IMG/VR virus record: IMGVR_UViG_2521172628_000001
Coordinates: 1 to 64,000 of that record
DNA length: 64,000 nucleotides
Strand: one strand, 5' to 3'
DNA from: a virus
Lineage: Duplodnaviria; Caudoviricetes
Part shown: piece by piece, positions 1 to 8,142 of the stretch
Layout of the letters: every line of letters begins with the position of its first letter
Numbering within the stretch: the first letter of the stretch is position 1
Notes under the pieces: model-generated
Told to the model about the DNA's origin: nothing
Database searches by the model: none
Seen by the model: only the letters and a program-made list of their open reading frames with translations
Position numbers and translations under genes: made by a program

Positions 1-420
1 TCAGTCGTCGCGTATGCAGTCGGCGAGCACGGCGGCGGCCTCGCCGAGGGTGTGTACGTGCAGGGCTGCGGACCGGAGCCCGGATCCGAGGCTGCCCGTG
101 AGCGCGCCTTGGGCTTGCAGGAGGGCCCGCTCGCAGCGGATCCAGTCGGCGTCGTCGCGCGGCAGGTGGTCTTGGCGTTGGCGTACCTGCTCGGAGAGGC
201 GGCGGATGTGGGGCCGTAGCCGGTCGCGTAGTTGCTCGCAGCGGTCGATGGTGGGGAGGATGCCGGTCGCGCTGGCGGCTTCGGCGATGAGCTGGTCGAG
301 GTCTGCCTGCTGTGCTGTTGCGCGTTGCTCCGTACTGTGTTCCACGTCGACGGCTCCGGTTCGTCGGCCATGCCCCCGGGCCGCGGTGCAGGCGGTCGCG
401 GGGGTCCCGTGCAATTGCAC
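1..420 (-). CDS. Hypothetical protein, DUF6415-like; start uncertain
   Basis: Helical ORF divergent from a GntR gene; LRSAALHVHTLG C-terminal pattern recalled from the family. Confidence 0.5.
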   Translation of the reverse strand: MQLHGTPATACTAARGHGRRTGAVDVEHSTEQRATAQQADLDQLIAEAASATGILPTIDRCEQLRDRLRPHIRRLSEQVRQRQDHLPRDDADWIRCERALLQAQGALTGSLGSGLRSAALHVHTLGEAAAVLADCIRDD

Positions 421-512
421 GATACCGCTGCCTACTGCTCCATACCGCTGTATGGCGCAGCATGCCGCTACCTGTCCCTGCGTGGAGTACCGGGCCGCCC
501 TACGTTGACGCC

Positions 513-773
513 ATGGGTGATCAAGAGCCGGTGGTGGATGCGTCTCGACCCGTCTATGTGTGGCAGCAGGTCGCCGACTGGATCGCTCGCCGTATCGACA
601 GCGGTGAACTCCAGCCGGGCGCCCGGCTGGAAGGTGAGCGGGAGCTGGCCGAGCAGCTTGGCGTGGCCGTGGGCAGCGTGCGGCGTGCTGTGAAGGAGCT
701 GCGGGGAGCCGGGCGGCTGGTCACGCTGGCCGCGAAGGGCACCTACGTCGCCGAGCCGCCCGTCGAGGGCTGA
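513..773 (+). CDS. GntR-family winged-helix protein (DNA-binding domain only), probably leaderless
   Basis: VWQQVADWIARRIDSGELQPGARLEGERELAEQLGVAVGSVRRAVKEL...KGTYV; TACGTT 6 nt before ATG. Confidence 0.88.
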   Translation: MGDQEPVVDASRPVYVWQQVADWIARRIDSGELQPGARLEGERELAEQLGVAVGSVRRAVKELRGAGRLVTLAAKGTYVAEPPVEG

Positions 774-985
774 CGATCGTTCCCGAGGGCGGACCACATT
801 CGCTGGTGCAGCTCGTCGCCAGCCAGAACGGTTTCCCCGGCGCGGTCGTCGATGGAGATCTCCGAGAGGTCGCCGTTGGCCCATCCGTTCGCCAGGAAGG
901 CGACAGCATCGTCGAGCGAGTCGCAGTCTTCTTCGCACTCACTGAAGTGGCGCCAGTAGCGCGCCGTATAGGTCGCTTCGCTCAT
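743..985 (-). CDS. Hypothetical protein
   Basis: MSEATYTARYWRHF... ORF preceded by a degenerate copy of the leader seen at 2856 and 3305. Confidence 0.6.
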   Translation of the reverse strand: MSEATYTARYWRHFSECEEDCDSLDDAVAFLANGWANGDLSEISIDDRAGETVLAGDELHQRMWSALGNDRQPSTGGSAT

Positions 986-1054
986 GCAGTCAGGATGGCA
1001 GATCAGCCGCCCGCGCCGTGAGTCTCTGACAGTGCCCGTCGATAGAATCACGGC

Positions 1055-1255
1055 ATGTCCCCCACTCCCCCGGAGCGCTCTCCGTCGCGCACGGCCGCCG
1101 ACCTTGCGGCCGAGCTCAACGAGCGCATCCGCGCCCTGTGGACCGGACGCGGGCATCCGGCACCGCCCCTGTCGGAGGCGCAGCGGGCCGAGTACCGGCG
1201 GCTGCTCGCCGAACTGGACCGGGTCAAGCGCGGAGACGTGACGACGGCAGCGTGA
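1055..1255 (+). CDS. Small hypothetical protein, probably leaderless
   Basis: TAGAAT 6 nt before ATG; AAELNERIRALW...EYRRLLAE. Confidence 0.6.
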   Translation: MSPTPPERSPSRTAADLAAELNERIRALWTGRGHPAPPLSEAQRAEYRRLLAELDRVKRGDVTTAA

Positions 1256-1342
1256 CAAGGTCGGTTACGGGTTCTCCAGTCAGGTACGGTACGGGCGATG
1301 CCCCGGCTGTTTCCTTCAGCCGGGGCATCGCACTTCTCTCGC

Positions 1343-1927
1343 TCACGCGTCGGCCACGCGCCGGGCGTTCGCCATGTCGGCATCGGTCTGCGGAGTTCCG
1401 CCACCGTTGACGAGGAGGTAGAAGGCGGCCTCGTCCGCCTCGGTGGCGCAGTCCTTCGTCTCGGCAACGAGGAGCGAGCAGTACCGCTCCATGAAGCGCT
1501 GCCCCTTGGGGGTCAAGCCGTTGTGGCGGACATACGGTCCGTCAGCGGTGTCCTCGGTTGTCGCAACGTGGTCCTCGGGGAGCCATGACGCCGGGATGGC
1601 GAACTCGCTGGCGAACCACATGACGGCGGTGGTGAGGCGCTGTTTGCCGTCGACGACCGCCCACATGCCCTGCCCGGTTTGCCACGGGTCCTCGCCCGTC
1701 CATGCCCCATTGCCTCGGTCAGCGAGGATGACGACGCCGGCGGGTAGGCCGCGCAGCCAGGTCTGGACGAGGGCGATGCGCTGATCCTCTCCCCAGACGC
1801 GACCGCGCTGGTACGGCGGGTCGAGGAGGATCTCACCGTCCTTCACGCGTCGCGCGAGCCAGAGGGCCGACTGAAACGACGGGTTCAAGCTGATGTGGTC
1901 GAACGGTTCGAGCGTCTGTCGCGTCAT
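1343..1927 (-). CDS. DUF262 (GmrS/ParB-Srx fold) domain protein
   Basis: PPYQRGRVW and VVDGKQRLTT motifs; C-terminal LVNGGGTP; AAGGAAG RBS. Confidence 0.85.
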   Translation of the reverse strand: MTRQTLEPFDHISLNPSFQSALWLARRVKDGEILLDPPYQRGRVWGEDQRIALVQTWLRGLPAGVVILADRGNGAWTGEDPWQTGQGMWAVVDGKQRLTTAVMWFASEFAIPASWLPEDHVATTEDTADGPYVRHNGLTPKGQRFMERYCSLLVAETKDCATEADEAAFYLLVNGGGTPQTDADMANARRVADA

Positions 1928-1958
1928 TTCCGCTTCCTTGCTCGTGAAGGTCGGTTTC

Positions 1959-2033
1959 TGTTTAACAAGAATCTCGCGCATGCACCCCCTTGTCAACCCA
2001 TCAATGCAGATGGATGCTAGATTCTGTTAAACA
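1959..2033. promoter_or_regulatory. Inverted-repeat operator pair in the divergent promoter region
   Basis: TGTTTAACAAGAATCT (1959-1974) and AGATTCTGTTAAACA (2019-2033) are inverted copies differing by one base. Confidence 0.65.
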
Positions 2034-2053
2034 CTTACCGAGGAGGGGGAACG

Positions 2054-2239
2054 ATGGGGCGACCCGCCACTGGGCAGACCAAGGTCATGGGCTTCCGACC
2101 ACCCAAGCCGCTACGCGACGAGTTCGAGGCGCTCGCCAAGGCCGAGGAGCGGTCACCTTCCGACGCGCTCATCGAAGCCATGCACGACTGGATCAAGAAG
2201 AAGGAACGCGAGCGCGGGGCGGACGGCAACGCCACGTAG
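2054..2239 (+). CDS. Ribbon-helix-helix (CopG/Arc-like) DNA-binding protein
   Basis: MGRPATGQTKVMGFRPPKPLRDEFEALAKAEERSPSDALIEAM; GAGGAGG RBS. Confidence 0.75.
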   Translation: MGRPATGQTKVMGFRPPKPLRDEFEALAKAEERSPSDALIEAMHDWIKKKERERGADGNAT

Positions 2240-2248
2240 GATCCCCCG

Positions 2249-2485
2249 GTGGCACACACCTTCGAAGATCTCGTGCAGCTAGAGCAGGACGCCGTCGACG
2301 CGCACCACCAGTACACGGCCCCCGGCGTCGACGACCTCGACGCGGCCCGGCAAGCCTGGGTCGATGCAGCAGCCCGATTCCAGGCCGCCGTCACGGAGTA
2401 CGCGGCAGCCAAGGGCGAGAGCCGGGTCGAGGTGGAGATGGCCGTCAAGAAGGCCGTCCGGCACCCTGAGACGGCCGACGCCTGA
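2249..2485 (+). CDS. Hypothetical protein
   Basis: TAGGAT just before GTG; high-GC codon usage. Confidence 0.65.
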   Translation: MAHTFEDLVQLEQDAVDAHHQYTAPGVDDLDAARQAWVDAAARFQAAVTEYAAAKGESRVEVEMAVKKAVRHPETADA

Positions 2486-2558
2486 CAGCAGCGCGCCCCG
2501 GCTGCATCACGGCCGGGGCGCCACCAGCGCCAGAGCGTGGGCTGATAGTCCAACCACT

Positions 2559-2858
2559 CTAAGCGCCACCACCGACAACGCCGGGGCGCGACGACAAGCG
2601 GTAGGTGTCGACGGGGAACTCCTCGTCTCCACGGAACACGGCGGCCTCGATGAAGCGGTCCAGCTCGTTCCAGTAGCGCGACCCGGCCGGGGTGTACTGG
2701 TCGGCGGTGAGCATCTCGCACTCGACCAACCACTCTTCGCCGTTCCAGCGCGTCTCCGTGATCCGCACGTCGCAGCGAGCGTGCGGCTTGAGTGGCTCCC
2801 AGCACCAGACGGTGCCCTCACGGATGGGGAGGGGAAGCGGCGGCGCGGAAGTCTCCAT
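2559..2858 (-). CDS. Hypothetical protein
   Basis: METSAPPLPLPIREGTVWCWEP...; starts directly after the 21-bp repeated leader. Confidence 0.65.
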   Translation of the reverse strand: METSAPPLPLPIREGTVWCWEPLKPHARCDVRITETRWNGEEWLVECEMLTADQYTPAGSRYWNELDRFIEAAVFRGDEEFPVDTYRLSSRPGVVGGGA

Positions 2859-3332
2859 GCCGCCAGGATCGCAGACCGTCACGCCTCGCCCGGCCACTCC
2901 GTCAACGTCTCGCCGGTGTCCTCGTCGACGAGGGTGATGCGGGCACCAGGCCTGCCGTGCTCGCCAACCCACGACTTGAACTTGGCCTCCGCCGTCGCCC
3001 TATCCGCCCACCAGCCCTGCATGCACGGCCAATCACCCGTGTCGAGCGTGAGGTGGAAGCGATCGTGCGGGTCCTCGCCGCGCGTGATCGCAAGACACTC
3101 GGGACAGTTCACCTCACCACGCCCCGGAACCTTGTGCGCACGGTGGCCACACCTGGTGACGGCCTGCACGACCTGCCCGGCTGGGGGCTTGACGATGCGG
3201 TGAGTGAGCCGATCGAAGCGGCCCCACCCGGTCGGTTCGTCGCTCGCTGGTGCGCTCATCAGGTTGCCCTCATGGTCGTACCACGTCATCGTCTGGCCAT
3301 CACTCATGCCGCCAGGATCGCAGACGCTCACG
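2856..3332 (-). repeat. Direct repeat pair (2856-2883 and 3305-3332) forming stop-leader-ATG junctions
   Basis: catgccgccaggatcgcagac-NN-tcacg in both copies (26/28 identical); degenerate copy at 983-1003. Confidence 0.85.
2879..3307 (-). CDS. Hypothetical protein with possible Zn-binding Cys/His residues
   Basis: TRCGH...CPEC; flanked by the two junction repeats. Confidence 0.65.
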   Translation of the reverse strand: MSDGQTMTWYDHEGNLMSAPASDEPTGWGRFDRLTHRIVKPPAGQVVQAVTRCGHRAHKVPGRGEVNCPECLAITRGEDPHDRFHLTLDTGDWPCMQGWWADRATAEAKFKSWVGEHGRPGARITLVDEDTGETLTEWPGEA

Positions 3333-3549
3333 TGAGCCGGATCCCGCGGGGCCGGTGCGGCTCGCGGACGATCGCGGCCTTCGCCTCCAGCTCGCCCAGC
3401 TGGTAGTGGACAGCGCCCGCCGACCGGCCGGTCTCTGCGCGGATTTCCGCGACGGTGGGGGCGTCCCCGGTGTCGACGATGTGTCGGCGGATGATGCGGA
3501 GGATGCGCTCCTGGGTGTCGGTGAGGTGCTCGACCTTGTGCTGGGCCAT
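3328..3549 (-). CDS. LexA N-terminal DNA-binding domain-only protein
   Basis: LTDTQERILRIIRRHIVDTGDAPTVAEI...GAVHYQLGELEAKAAIVREPHRPRGIRL matches the LexA wHTH; no protease domain. Confidence 0.8.
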   Translation of the reverse strand: MAQHKVEHLTDTQERILRIIRRHIVDTGDAPTVAEIRAETGRSAGAVHYQLGELEAKAAIVREPHRPRGIRLT

Positions 3550-3557
3550 GCACCGAT

Positions 3558-3573
3558 TAGAGCGCGTGTTCGA
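3558..3573. promoter_or_regulatory. SOS (LexA) box-like site between divergent genes
   Basis: TAGAGC-GCGT-GTTCGA vs actinobacterial consensus TCGAAC-N4-GTTCGA (one perfect half). Confidence 0.6.
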
Positions 3574-3594
3574 ATTTTGGTGCAAGCTGGAGAC

Positions 3595-3933
3595 GTGCCC
3601 GACCTGCCGCCCGACCTGCCCAGACTCCGCACCCTGGAGACCTGGCTCGCCATGCAGCTCGCCCAGGTACGGGACGCCATCGCGGCGGCAGAGACACGCG
3701 AAAAGGAACAGCAGCGCGGCATCGACAAGCGGCCGGCACCGCCCGACTGGTTGCTCGACCACGGCCTCAACCGAGACGGGCCGCCCGCATGCGTGCACGC
3801 CGGCGGCTGCCACATGGCCGGCAAACGCAGCCGCGGCATCGACCGGGCCGCCGCACTCCGGGCGCTCGCCGACGGAACCCCCGCATGCAGCCACTGCCGG
3901 CCAGACTCGGAGCTCGGCTACCTGGACGGGTAG
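3595..3933 (+). CDS. DUF6233-like Zn-binding protein
   Basis: LPPDLPRLRTLETW...VHAGGC...ACSHCRPDSELG. Confidence 0.75.
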   Translation: MPDLPPDLPRLRTLETWLAMQLAQVRDAIAAAETREKEQQRGIDKRPAPPDWLLDHGLNRDGPPACVHAGGCHMAGKRSRGIDRAAALRALADGTPACSHCRPDSELGYLDG

Positions 3934-4175
3934 CGGGGCGGCGGCCGTCACCGCCAGGTGTCACGCGCGTTTGCCGTGGATCGCGCCGCCCCGCAGGCCG
4001 CCCGGCTATACGCCGACTCCGTCGGGTGCCACGGTCTCCCAGCGGCAGACGAGCGAGCCAGTGCGGCCCGCCCGCCTGCGATCGCTAAAATCGACCCCCG
4101 GGTTTCACGCCGGACGGGCGGACGAGCCACCACCAGCATGGCAGAACGGGGCGGCAGAAACTCACGGCAGGCGAA

Positions 4176-4211
4176 ACCCCTCGCCGGGACGGGGGTGACT
4201 CGGCGAGGGGC
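4176..4211 (-). terminator. Hairpin downstream of HNH gene
   Basis: cccctcgccg ... cggcgagggg stem with aaa on the left (U-tract on minus strand). Confidence 0.55.
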
Positions 4212-4226
4212 AAGGCCAGTCTGGCA

Positions 4227-4865
4227 CTACTCGCCGGCCTCTTGCTGGAGAGGGATGGAACACCTGGCGCGCGAGACCGGAAAGGGCGGCAGGTACGGGG
4301 CGCCGCGCACTTCCTGAACGGTTCGCCTGGCTATCGCGGTCATCGTGGACCTCCTGAGGCCGACGCCGGCACCGTGAACCACCGCACCCGCGAGCGATCG
4401 ACGCATGGCTGCAAGGACGACCTCGGTGCCGTCTTCTCTGGTGGCCATCTCGCCGAGCATCTCCCTGAACTGGGGCACATCGTTGATTGCGGCGATCCAG
4501 TCGTTCACTTGCTCCAGCTCGGCACTGGGGCGATCGGCCCGCTTTGAGATCCAGATGGCCATCTCCCACGGGCTGAACCAGTCCGGTGATTCCTCGTGGC
4601 AGGGCGTGCACATCAGGATGATGTTGTCCACCTTGTCGGAACCGCCGAGTCCCGCGGGGATGATGTGGGCGCGTTCCAGTCGGGCGCGCTCCCAGGCCCT
4701 CCTGGCGCTGCGACCTTCCTTCCAGCGCTCGGAGTACCAGCCGCACGTGAAGCAACACGGGTCTTCGAGACCGAGGTGCGGGGCGAAGATCTTGCGACCA
4801 TCCTCATCCGGAGTGTTGGCCCAGTACTGGGCGATGGCCCACTTCGTCGGCTTGGAGTCGGTCAC
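4227..4865 (-). CDS. HNH endonuclease
   Basis: CFTCG...LERAHIIPAGLGGSDKVDNIILMCTPCHEE. Confidence 0.85.
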   Translation of the reverse strand: MTDSKPTKWAIAQYWANTPDEDGRKIFAPHLGLEDPCCFTCGWYSERWKEGRSARRAWERARLERAHIIPAGLGGSDKVDNIILMCTPCHEESPDWFSPWEMAIWISKRADRPSAELEQVNDWIAAINDVPQFREMLGEMATREDGTEVVLAAMRRSLAGAVVHGAGVGLRRSTMTAIARRTVQEVRGAPYLPPFPVSRARCSIPLQQEAGE

Positions 4866-5488
4866 TGCGCGGTCCCCTTTCGAACGACCGTGAAGCCCGC
4901 CTCGTCGTATGCCCTTAGGGCCTGAGAGATGGCACCTACGCTCGGGTTCTTGCCCTTGTTGGCACCTTCGGCGATCCGGAGGTGGGGTTGGATCTGTCGA
5001 ATGGTGAAGCCGCTGTCTCGGAGGGCGGCAGCCTGGACGGTCAGCGCTTCGGTCATGACGGGCTTGCGTCCGCCGACGCGTCCGCGCTTGCGGGCGGCTT
5101 CGAGTCCACTCTTGGTCTTCTTGACGATGTCGCGGCGCCGGTCTTCGGCGAGGGCCAGGGCGAGGTCGAGGATGAGGGACCGCTCCTTATGCTCGCCGGC
5201 CGCGATACCCTCCAGCACCTTGACGGAGACTCCGCGCTCGAAGAGGTCGTTGAGGACGATCAGCCCTTCGAGGAGGTTGCGGCCGAGGCGGTCGACTTCC
5301 TGTACACAGAGCATGTCGCCCTCGCGCAGGTACTCGATAGCCGCAGTGAGGGCCGGACGTTCTTCGGCGCTGAGTTTGCCGCTGATCTTCTCCTCGAAGA
5401 CCTTGAGGCAGATCGGGTCGAGGGCGTCGTGCTGCCGCTGAGTGTTCTGCTTGTCGGTGCTGACGCGGACGAGGCCAACTAGGGCCAT
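4862..5488 (-). CDS. Small serine recombinase (resolvase/invertase family)
   Basis: VRVSTDKQNTQRQ, EVDRLGRNL, GLEAARKRGRVGGRK. Confidence 0.93.
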   Translation of the reverse strand: MALVGLVRVSTDKQNTQRQHDALDPICLKVFEEKISGKLSAEERPALTAAIEYLREGDMLCVQEVDRLGRNLLEGLIVLNDLFERGVSVKVLEGIAAGEHKERSLILDLALALAEDRRRDIVKKTKSGLEAARKRGRVGGRKPVMTEALTVQAAALRDSGFTIRQIQPHLRIAEGANKGKNPSVGAISQALRAYDEAGFTVVRKGTAQ

Positions 5489-5499
5489 CCAGCTCCCCT

Positions 5500-5612
5500 T
5501 TCGTTCATCAAACGTGTTGGTAGGCAATCTGAACACTACCAGGTTGATGAACGAGTTTCTGAACAACTTGACTTGCTGAACGCCGAGTTGCGCAAGATCG
5601 CGTTCAGGTTCA
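5500..5612. promoter_or_regulatory. Putative res site/promoter of the resolvase
   Basis: AT-rich; TCGTTCATCAA (5501-5511) inverted to TTGATGAACGA (5544-5554); further TGAAC/GTTCA half-sites. Confidence 0.6.
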
Positions 5613-5717
5613 CGTCTCGATCGATTGATGGACAGTCACTCCCGGTAGGCCATCGCGAGTGTCCCCGGAACTCATACTCAAGTCGCCGGCCCGCGCGCCT
5701 GCACTAGCGTCGGCGGC

Positions 5718-5996
5718 ATGAACACGTACCGAGGGACCGCGGTCCTCATCCTGCAAGGCGGCCGCCAGTTGACGGCCGAGGCCGATCTCAGCAAGGACGG
5801 GGCCGGCACCTGGTCGGGCACGCTCCTCTTCCCTGCCGCGGCGAAGTCGCTGGGCCTGCTGAACGCGACCGAGGGCGTTCTGCTGGTCGACGACCAGGAA
5901 GGCAGGTTCGTTCGCCCGGACACGTCCGACTGGATCGGCTCCCCCGCCGACAAGGTGCGGATCCGCGTCGAGGGCAACGGCGACGCGCCGTTCTGA
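5718..5996 (+). CDS. Hypothetical beta-rich protein, probably leaderless
   Basis: TAGCGT 7 nt before ATG; ends GNGDAPF; followed by hairpin. Confidence 0.7.
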   Translation: MNTYRGTAVLILQGGRQLTAEADLSKDGAGTWSGTLLFPAAAKSLGLLNATEGVLLVDDQEGRFVRPDTSDWIGSPADKVRIRVEGNGDAPF

Positions 5997-6006
5997 CACG
6001 ACGAAG

Positions 6007-6044
6007 CGCCTCCACTCCCCCGCCGAAGCGGGAGGGTGGGGGCG
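6007..6044. terminator. Hairpin between convergent genes
   Basis: cgcctccactcccccgc-cgaa-gcgggagggtgggggcg imperfect stem. Confidence 0.55.
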
Positions 6045-6149
6045 TCTGTCATTCGGCCTCGTCGTCGGCTGGCGGCATCGGCGGCGGTTCGCGGAAGGGC
6101 CGCGGCGACAGCCAGAACGGCTCGGTCTCTTCGTCCATGGGGCTGCTCC

Positions 6150-6428
6150 TCACTGCTCGCGGATGGTGATGTAGATCGACCACTTGTCGATCAGTCCTCC
6201 GGCGGTGGTGATCTGGCAGGACACCGTGTACGTCTCGTCGACGGTGCCGCCCGCGATCCGTTGGGTGACGCTGGTCTCGTCGAAGGTCGCGGCTCCGTCG
6301 GCGGTGAGCCCCTCGGGAACCGTGACCGTTGCCGAGCTGATCGTGTCGCCCACTTCCGTCAGCCAGTCCCCCCAGTCCCAGGTGTACGGCAGCAGGTCCA
6401 CCGGGTCCTTCGTGAAGTTCTGGGGCAT
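6150..6428 (-). CDS. Phage fibre-tail adaptor-like protein
   Basis: KDPVDLLPYTWDWGDWL...GDTISSAT...YTVSCQITTAGG. Confidence 0.7.
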   Translation of the reverse strand: MPQNFTKDPVDLLPYTWDWGDWLTEVGDTISSATVTVPEGLTADGAATFDETSVTQRIAGGTVDETYTVSCQITTAGGLIDKWSIYITIREQ

Positions 6429-6433
6429 GCGGC

Positions 6434-7681
6434 CTACCTCCGGACAGTCAGGGTGCGGCTCTCGGCCGCAACGGTGAAACGCCGGCGTCCGGCGGGCACG
6501 GTCAGTTGCCTCCGCCCGGCGGGGATCCGGAAGGTCTGCTCCGGGCTGGACTCGATGGTGGACGGCGCGGCGAGAGGGCGGGCGGCGTCGGCTTCCGCCG
6601 TGGGGTTCAGTGTGGCCGCCTTGGAGCCGGTGAGGGGTTGCGCCGCCTCCTCACTGCCGACGGTGGGTAGCGTCGCGGCAGGGGTGACCGCGGTGAGCGG
6701 CTGGGCCTCCTCAACGGATGTGGCAGTACCGAGAGTGGCGGCTTTCGCGCCGGCGACGCCTTGGGCCGTGTCCCCCTCCGTGGCCGGCGTGAGGGTGGTG
6801 GCCTTGGCCCCGGTGAGCGGTTGCGCGGGTTCGGTCGAGGTTGCGGTGCCGGCGGCGGCAGTCTTCGCGCCGGTCTGGGCCTGGGCTTCGTCCTGTTCCG
6901 TGGCCGGGGCGAGTCCTGCGGCTTTGGTTCCGGTGGGTGCTTGTGCTGCGTCCGTCTCTCCGGCCGGGGTGAGCGGCGTCGTCTTGGCGCCGGCGAGCGC
7001 CTGCGCGGTGCCCTGCTCCGTGCCGGGCGGAAGTGTCACGGACTTCGAGCCCGCGAGGCCCTGCGCGGCGTCGGCTTCTGTGGCGGGGGTGAGCGTGCCG
7101 ACTTTCGTGCCGGTGAGCGTCTGTGCGGTTTCGGTGCTGTTGGATGTTCCGAGGGTTGCGCCGGCGGTGACGTCCGCGGCGGTGAAGTCGTCGAAGCGCA
7201 GGGCGCTCGTGGACTCGGCGCGGATGCCCACGCTGGTGCCGGTCGTCACCGCGGTGTTGGTGACGGAGATCCTCAGGACATCGTTGATGTAGCCCTTGAT
7301 GCTGGAGCCGACGACCTCAAGCTTCACGATGTCGTTAGCTGCGGCCGCCACGGCGTAGCTGCCGATGCTGGTGAAGCTGCCGCCGACGACGGAGAAGATG
7401 TTCCACGACGTGCCATCGTTGCGGAGCAAGTAGCCCTGCGTGATGTTGCTGTTGCCGCGGGCCCATACGCCGTGGCTGACGGCCGCGGTGGCGGCGATTT
7501 TGACCTGCACCGAGTGGTCGGCGGTGTCCATCGCTCCGGCGGCACGCAGGATGATCGTGCCGCCCGCGTTCCCCGACGAGAGCTGCTGGGAGACGATCGA
7601 CCAGTCTCCAGACACCTCAACCCAGCCGGCCCCCAGCGAAGTGGAGTCGGCGCGGGCGAAGTTGTCGCTGAATGAAGCCAC
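6434..7681 (-). CDS. Virion fibre-like protein: beta-sandwich N-terminal domain plus about ten 20-aa repeats
   Basis: FSDNFARADSTSLG..W; repeats like TLTPATEADAAQGLAGSKSV. Confidence 0.7.
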   Translation of the reverse strand: MASFSDNFARADSTSLGAGWVEVSGDWSIVSQQLSSGNAGGTIILRAAGAMDTADHSVQVKIAATAAVSHGVWARGNSNITQGYLLRNDGTSWNIFSVVGGSFTSIGSYAVAAAANDIVKLEVVGSSIKGYINDVLRISVTNTAVTTGTSVGIRAESTSALRFDDFTAADVTAGATLGTSNSTETAQTLTGTKVGTLTPATEADAAQGLAGSKSVTLPPGTEQGTAQALAGAKTTPLTPAGETDAAQAPTGTKAAGLAPATEQDEAQAQTGAKTAAAGTATSTEPAQPLTGAKATTLTPATEGDTAQGVAGAKAATLGTATSVEEAQPLTAVTPAATLPTVGSEEAAQPLTGSKAATLNPTAEADAARPLAAPSTIESSPEQTFRIPAGRRQLTVPAGRRRFTVAAESRTLTVRR

Positions 7682-7690
7682 GGCTGCGGG

Positions 7691-8128
7691 TTAGCTGGCT
7701 CGGAAGAAGTCGGCGATGGCCAGGGTGAAGGTGGTGCCATCCGGGGACCAGGTGACGTCGGCCTTGGTGATGGGGATCAGGTCTGCGTCGGTGCCGGTGC
7801 CGCTGTCCGGGTCGTAGACAACGACCATGGCGCCAACCGGGTTGCCGGTCGGTGACGTCCAGGTCACGTCGGCGGCGTCGATCTCGACACGGTCGGCGGT
7901 GTCGTTGACCGTGACCGTGATGCTGGAGAGGGTCTTGCGGCCAACAGTGGTCTGCTCGTTGGTGGTGCCCGCGACAACGTCGGCGAAGGTGTCCTTGTCC
8001 TTGAGGACGGCGTCGGTCTCCAGGCCGCTGGACTCCAGCGGGATCAGGATGAGGGCGTCGCTCGCGGCAGGCAGCGCGGCGAGCGCTGCGGCCCGGCCGA
8101 GCGCAACGTTGAAGGTGATGTTGGCCAT
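7691..8128 (-). CDS. Putative virion structural protein
   Basis: MANITFNVALG...DAADVTWT; GGAG RBS; co-transcribed with fibre genes. Confidence 0.7.
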   Translation of the reverse strand: MANITFNVALGRAAALAALPAASDALILIPLESSGLETDAVLKDKDTFADVVAGTTNEQTTVGRKTLSSITVTVNDTADRVEIDAADVTWTSPTGNPVGAMVVVYDPDSGTGTDADLIPITKADVTWSPDGTTFTLAIADFFRAS

Positions 8129-8142
8129 GATCTCTCCAGTTC

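Noticed and set aside
3934-4175. Possible small gene or ncRNA in the gap
   Set aside because: No convincing RBS, codon pattern or recognisable RNA structure
4862-5488. Recombinase as prophage integrase or tail-fibre invertase
   Set aside because: Only 208 aa, lacking large-serine-integrase domains; no inverted crossover sites or duplicate fibre ends seen
6036-7292. 418-aa plus-strand ORF and other long antisense ORFs (21033-22541, 26772-28859, 48807-50111)
   Set aside because: Shadow frames of well-supported minus-strand genes in high-GC DNA; no motifs or RBS
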